Below, piece after piece: positions 51,701 to 57,700 of a stretch of 64,000 bases of DNA (position 1 is the first letter of the stretch; each line of letters starts with the position of its first letter). The notes beneath the pieces were generated by a model. The model searched no databases and was not told where the DNA came from. It saw only the letters and a list, made by a program, of their open reading frames with translations. This stretch comes from a virus. Location: IMG/VR virus record IMGVR_UViG_3300027708_000023; one strand, 5' to 3'. The position numbers and the translations under genes were made by a program.

Positions 51701-54700
51701 GAGGTCAAAAGATTTTTTGATCCGGACCTATTTAAAGGACCTCCAACACCAAATGGAAATCCGGCAGCTATTAAACAAGCCATAGACATGTTTCAATCAT
51801 TAGAAACTAATAATAAGTCATCATCTTTTAGTATTAATGATAAGAGTGCTGGGAGTAATCCATATTTTGCCGCCATGGATAAAGCAGCTTTAACTCCAGA
51901 TAAAAGAAACAGAGTATCTGAGGACCTAAAAGGATCTAAAATAGATAAGAGTAGCAATAATAAGGACACAATTGATCTACAAGAATTCAATCCTCTCGAT
52001 CTAGATAATGCATCATATAGAAATATATTTACATATGCTTTAAATCCGTATAATCAATATACAAATAGAGATATTCGAGCTAAGTTTTTTGATGAATTTA
52101 TTACCAGGATTCCAACAGCAACAAGAAGTAACGGGGCCCCATTATTTAGTGTAACTGAAGGTGCCAGATATGGTGGTGCTCTTAAATCTCTAAAGTCTTG
52201 GTTCGGAGGTAAGGGTAATGATGATGCTATGATACCAGTAAAAGCCAATAAAGACTGGGAAGGAATAGACTATCTGTATGATCAAACAGCCAACAAAACA
52301 GTTTCTTTTGGCGACAGACTAACAAGTCTCGATAATTCTTTAGCTCCTAATTTTTATGATGCAAACAAGTATGCGTTTGATTTTGTTGGTGGCACAGGCA
52401 TGTTCGGAGAACTACCAGATTTAAGCAACTATGAAAAAAGAAAAGTAGAATATAAAAATCAAGGAGGATTAATATACGCTAGCCAAGGTCAGCTTATTAA
52501 TTTTGAACCAAAGGGCACTGATACGATTCCTGCAATGTTAAGTCCTGGAGAATTTGTTGTTAATAGCGGAGCAACAGCACGAAACCTTCCCCTGCTAAAT
52601 TCTATTAATAAAAACAAGGGAGGAAAAATAGGATACTATAAAGATGGGGGTGTTGTAGATAATGAATCATTGTCACTATTAATGACACAAATGAAAATTA
52701 CTGAAAAACTATCTTCTTCTCAAAAAAGTATTTCTGATAGTAGTTCATCAGACTTAGCATCTCCATTACTCAGAATATCTAATGATAATGAAATTATCTC
52801 TATTGGCATATTACAAAGCATATTAAAAACTCTAGAAGATATTAAAGACTCTACACTAACTTGTTGCACAGGCAAAGATATTGGCAAGCCTCTTGATATA
52901 GCCACAACTTTACCATCACAGGTAAGGCCAGTTGCTCCTTTAGATATAAAACCGCCTGTTACAGCTGAGGAGGGCATTACTGAAGGATTCTCTCCACCAA
53001 TACCTCCTATTCCACTCCCGGATCTTCCAATACCAAATAAGCCAGATTTTGAGCCAATTCCGTTTCCAGAAGTTGAGCCTATTGTGCCAGAAATGCCCAC
53101 AATGCCGGAAATGCCTCTTCCTGATGTTAGAGAACCAATCTCAACTCCGGAAGACATACGACCAAAAACTATGCCACAAATGCCAGTTATGCCTCAGCCA
53201 GAGGTTGTATTACCAAAGAAACCAGCTTACACAGAACCATTTCCTGTTGAGAATTTTTCACCTAGTTTACTTCCAGGTTTTCCCAAAAACCCAACAGCCC
53301 CAACCTATGAGAACGGACCAACAGGAATCGATAGTCCATTTTTTGATCCAAATTCTTTACCCGATAGAAAAAAACCCCTCACTATCAGCAAAGTTGCGAA
53401 AGAAGCAGATATTACTCGCCAAGAAGCGATCACAGGCAGAGAAAAAACAGATCTCGATACTTCAAAATCAGAAGACATTATTAAAGAATCAGAAGCTCGC
53501 AGGGCTTATAATAGAGAAACACAAACAGCTCAATCTGCCCGCGCAGGAAATGTTCTATCTTCTGGTATTAGTCGAGCTAATGGAGCTATTACTGCAATTA
53601 AAGGTGCTCAAGAAATTAAAGAAGCAGGAACTTCCTATGATGCTTTTAGGGGTGGATTAAGTGTAGTCGATGGAATAGGAGACTTAGCAGGCGCTTCTGC
53701 TCCCCCATTAGCTGCTGCTGGTGACGCTGCTGGTTTAACTCGTAATAGTTTAGATTTCTATAATAATCCTGAGACTCGTTTACAAAGCGGTTTAGGTATT
53801 GCTAACGATGCAACTTCATTAACTCTAAGAGCTGCTCAAACAACCTCTCTTATGGCTCCAGCAGGAAGCTTGGCTAGTCAAATAGCAGCCCCTCTAGGAG
53901 CCGTAGGAGGCGTGGCAGAACTTGGCAGAGGCGCTGTTGCTGGTGCTTATGATACTAGTAACGAAGCAAAATTAAGAACAGCAGTAGAAAACATTATTAT
54001 AGGAGCAGCAACAGGAGATGCTACAACAGGAGGTTCTAGTTTAGCTGGTGCTGCTAATGCTTTTGGGGCAAATATTCAGCAGGGAGGTATGGTAGATACT
54101 CAATTAGCGGCAGGAGAATCATCGCTACGCTTAGCGGGTATCGGAGCAACTTTGGGTACTTTTGTTGCGCCGGGTCCCGGAACAGCTATTGGTGGAGCTG
54201 GTGGGGCAGTTGTGGGCGCAGGAGCAGAGCTATACAAATCTGGTTCCGCATACGCCAGAGAATCTGCACAAGCCCAACAGCTACAAGTTAGAACTGACCA
54301 GATGGTTAAGTCCAGCAAAACACAAGAGTATGTGACTGGATCAGACGGTACTGTCACAAAACAATCAAAAAATCCAGACAGCTTTAATTTTGGTTTAGAT
54401 GCTCAAGAATCAAGTCTGGTCAGATCCATAGCCACCCTCACTGCTCAAATTTCTTCTCTTAGACAGCTAGAAGAGAAAGGACAAATGCAGGTTGAAGAAA
54501 AACCAATACGCGATGCTATTGCAGAAAAAGAACAAACACTATATGCTCAAAGATCTGGATTAAAGGAGCTTGCAACACAAAAAACTAATGATGAAAATAC
54601 AACCTTTTTTAGACTTGGACCAGATAGTCCAATTGTCAAAGAGAAATTAGATAAATATCAGTCTTTGGTGGGCAGAGCCATAGAAGAACTAGGATCTAGT

Positions 54701-57700
54701 TTATCTGATAATATTAAACCAGAATCATTACCTCCTCTAGAGGTTGAGCCACAAACGAGTCTTATTGCTGCGAAACACAAAGCTATTGGTGGAGTTGTTT
54801 ATGCTAGTATGGGAGCATTATTTTCTCCCAAGGGTACAGACACTATTCCTGCTATGCTAAGTCCCGGAGAATTTGTAGTAAATAGCCAAGCAACACAAAA
54901 TAATTTACCATTACTACAGGCAATGAATAGTGGGAATAGTACTATTTATAGATCCACAGGATCAAAAAATCCCGAAGGTGGTATAAAATTTGGTCCTAAT
55001 AAGCCAATCCTTCAAGCTATTGATGAATTAGAACAGTCCGGACATTTAGAAGAAGCTACATTGAATAATATTTCAAAGTATTTTGGAGGTGGTGAGGCAC
55101 CCAAATCTAAAATAGTAGACTATAGTGGTGTCCTCAAAAATCGAGAATATAGACGAACACAAAAAGAGGCTAGAGAAGTTGGAAGCACTTCTCTTTTTAA
55201 TCCCCAGGGCTCCAACAGCTTTGTTTTTAGTCTTAGTGAAAGAAAGAAATACCCTAATGCTGGGCAGTATGTTAGAGAGCTTGGATATCCAAGGCACAAA
55301 AAGTGGGAAGATATTTTAAATAATGCACCAGGAACAAATATTACAGAAAAATTATCAACACTTGTTGATTCAGATCTTAATTATGTGGCTAGCTCGTATT
55401 TTAGCAGAGAGAGTGGTACTTATACAGAATTTTTGGATTATGTTATAGCAGCAGCTAAACAATTATCGATGGTTAAACAGAAAAAAGCAGAAAAGAAAAA
55501 ACACGAAGATTATGTTAGGGTTGTAGAAGAAGCCAATACTGGAAAACTAAGAAATTATGAGGCAGGAAATGTTAGGGGGATGGATCTACACTATAACATG
55601 CTTGGAATAGGTTCTAAAAATAGCGAAAAACAGATAGAACATCTAGATACTGAAATAAAAACCTTATTATTATCTGATATTAATCCAATAGACTTTAATA
55701 CTAGGGGTAAAGCTGAAAGAAATGATGCTGAGTCATTCTTTAAATATAGGGCTGATGCTCTCCAATCAACCGCGCCCACATATTCTAATATTTATAAAGA
55801 AGCAGCTTCTACAGAAGCAGATATTGATGATTGGTATACTGCTAGAATTTTACCACAACAGTCAAGAGACTGGACTTACACTGAAGGCAGAAAGTGGGTA
55901 GACTATTTAGGTATTCCAGAGAATAGAGATGAAGCTCTAGTTGGCGCTATTGGATTGATGACTAAAATTTTACCTGGAGTTTTAGGAGTAGCTGGGGCTG
56001 GACTAGGCTTTGTTTTAGGAGGCGGCCCCACCCCTATAGGTTTTGGTACTGCTGCTGTTGGTGGATTGGGTGGAACATTGGCAGGAGAAGGACTTAATTG
56101 GGCCATTGCACAAGGAATATCTGCGATATTGCCCGAAGATATGATGGAGTCTATAAAAGAAAAAATAAAGAAACATCCAGAAAACTATGAAGCTGGAAGA
56201 TGGGTCGGTTTTGGTGGTGAATTGCTTGGTGGAACATTATATGCGGAACCTATAGAAAGATTGGTACATAGAGGTGTTGGTCAATTTATGGCCAAAAGAG
56301 GTATGGCTGGCGCAGAGCATCACTTGACGCATAGTGTAGATATGCACGCTGTACAAGAAAATATGACAAAACAATTAGGGAAAAAAGCCTATGAAGCATC
56401 TACCAAAGAAGGACCTTATGCAGCTGTTGTTCGTTCTGAAAAGATAGCACCACCAACGACAAATGGATCTTTGGCTTTGGAAAGTCCTCTGGTGCCGGGA
56501 GCCAAGGGAACAACAAGATATCGCCCAGTTACTTCGGGGGGAAGCAGCATACCAGAGCAACTTGCCCTTTTTAAAGAGAATCTAAAAACCGCAATTAAAA
56601 AGTATGTTGATAATAGAGGAAAAGTGGAGATATTTGAAAATGGACAGCAAACTTTTCAATCCGTAACAGCTCAAAAAATGTTAGATGATTTTGGTATGGT
56701 CTTTTCTAAGGCTCCTTTATCGGTATTCGACGATAATAGTGCAAAGTTTTTACAAGAAGCATTGACATCCAAGCCCGAGCTTTATGCTAGCTTAAAAGAA
56801 GCAATAAATAATAGCCCAATAAGTGGATTCTCTTCTCAATTAGATAATGCATTATCTAATAAACCTAATACTCAATGGTCAGAAGCTTTGACGAAGATAA
56901 GAGAGGCTCTAGAGGAAAAAATTAAACTAAAAGGAATATTACCGCCGGAAGAAGCGGCCAGATCTGCAGAAACTAGTTTTCAAGAAATACTTACTCAGGC
57001 AGGAATCAGTTCTCCTCGATCTGCTGGCGCTTCTGTTAGTAATTTTGAATTACCCAACTTACCCGGTCAGACTTTAGGATTAGTAAGACAAGAGTATCTG
57101 AAGGATGCTGTAGTTAAAAAAACGTCTGAATTAGGTAGTCTTCGTATGACCCTGGCAAGAGCTATTCACACAATAGGAGAAAAGTGGAAAGAAGAAGGCT
57201 TAATAAGTTTTATGGAAAAACAGATGCACCACTATCTTGTGCCACACAAGCATGACCATGATCATGGTGATGAACATGGTGAGGCACATGGTGCCGAACA
57301 TGGTGGTGGACATGGTGCCGAACATGGTGGTGGACATGGTGCCGAACATGGAGATACTCATGGTGACGAACATAAAGCCGCTGGTCACTATAACGGAGGA
57401 TTAATCTATGCTTCTACTGGAAAGTATATTAATTTCCAACCCAAGGGAACAGATACTGTACCAGCCATGCTTACCCCTGGTGAATTTGTAATTAATGCCA
57501 GATCGACTGCTCAACACCTACCACTATTGAAAGCTATTAATAGTGGAGCTGATGTTTCTTCACCCGATACTATGAATAAAGGAGGTGTGGTATATTTGGT
57601 TGGAGGAGGAAGAGCCCCTTCAGGAGCAACCCCAGCTGGCAAACAAGCAATACCTGTACCATTAACAAGACAACAAAGAGTCAATAGAGTTAACGACATA

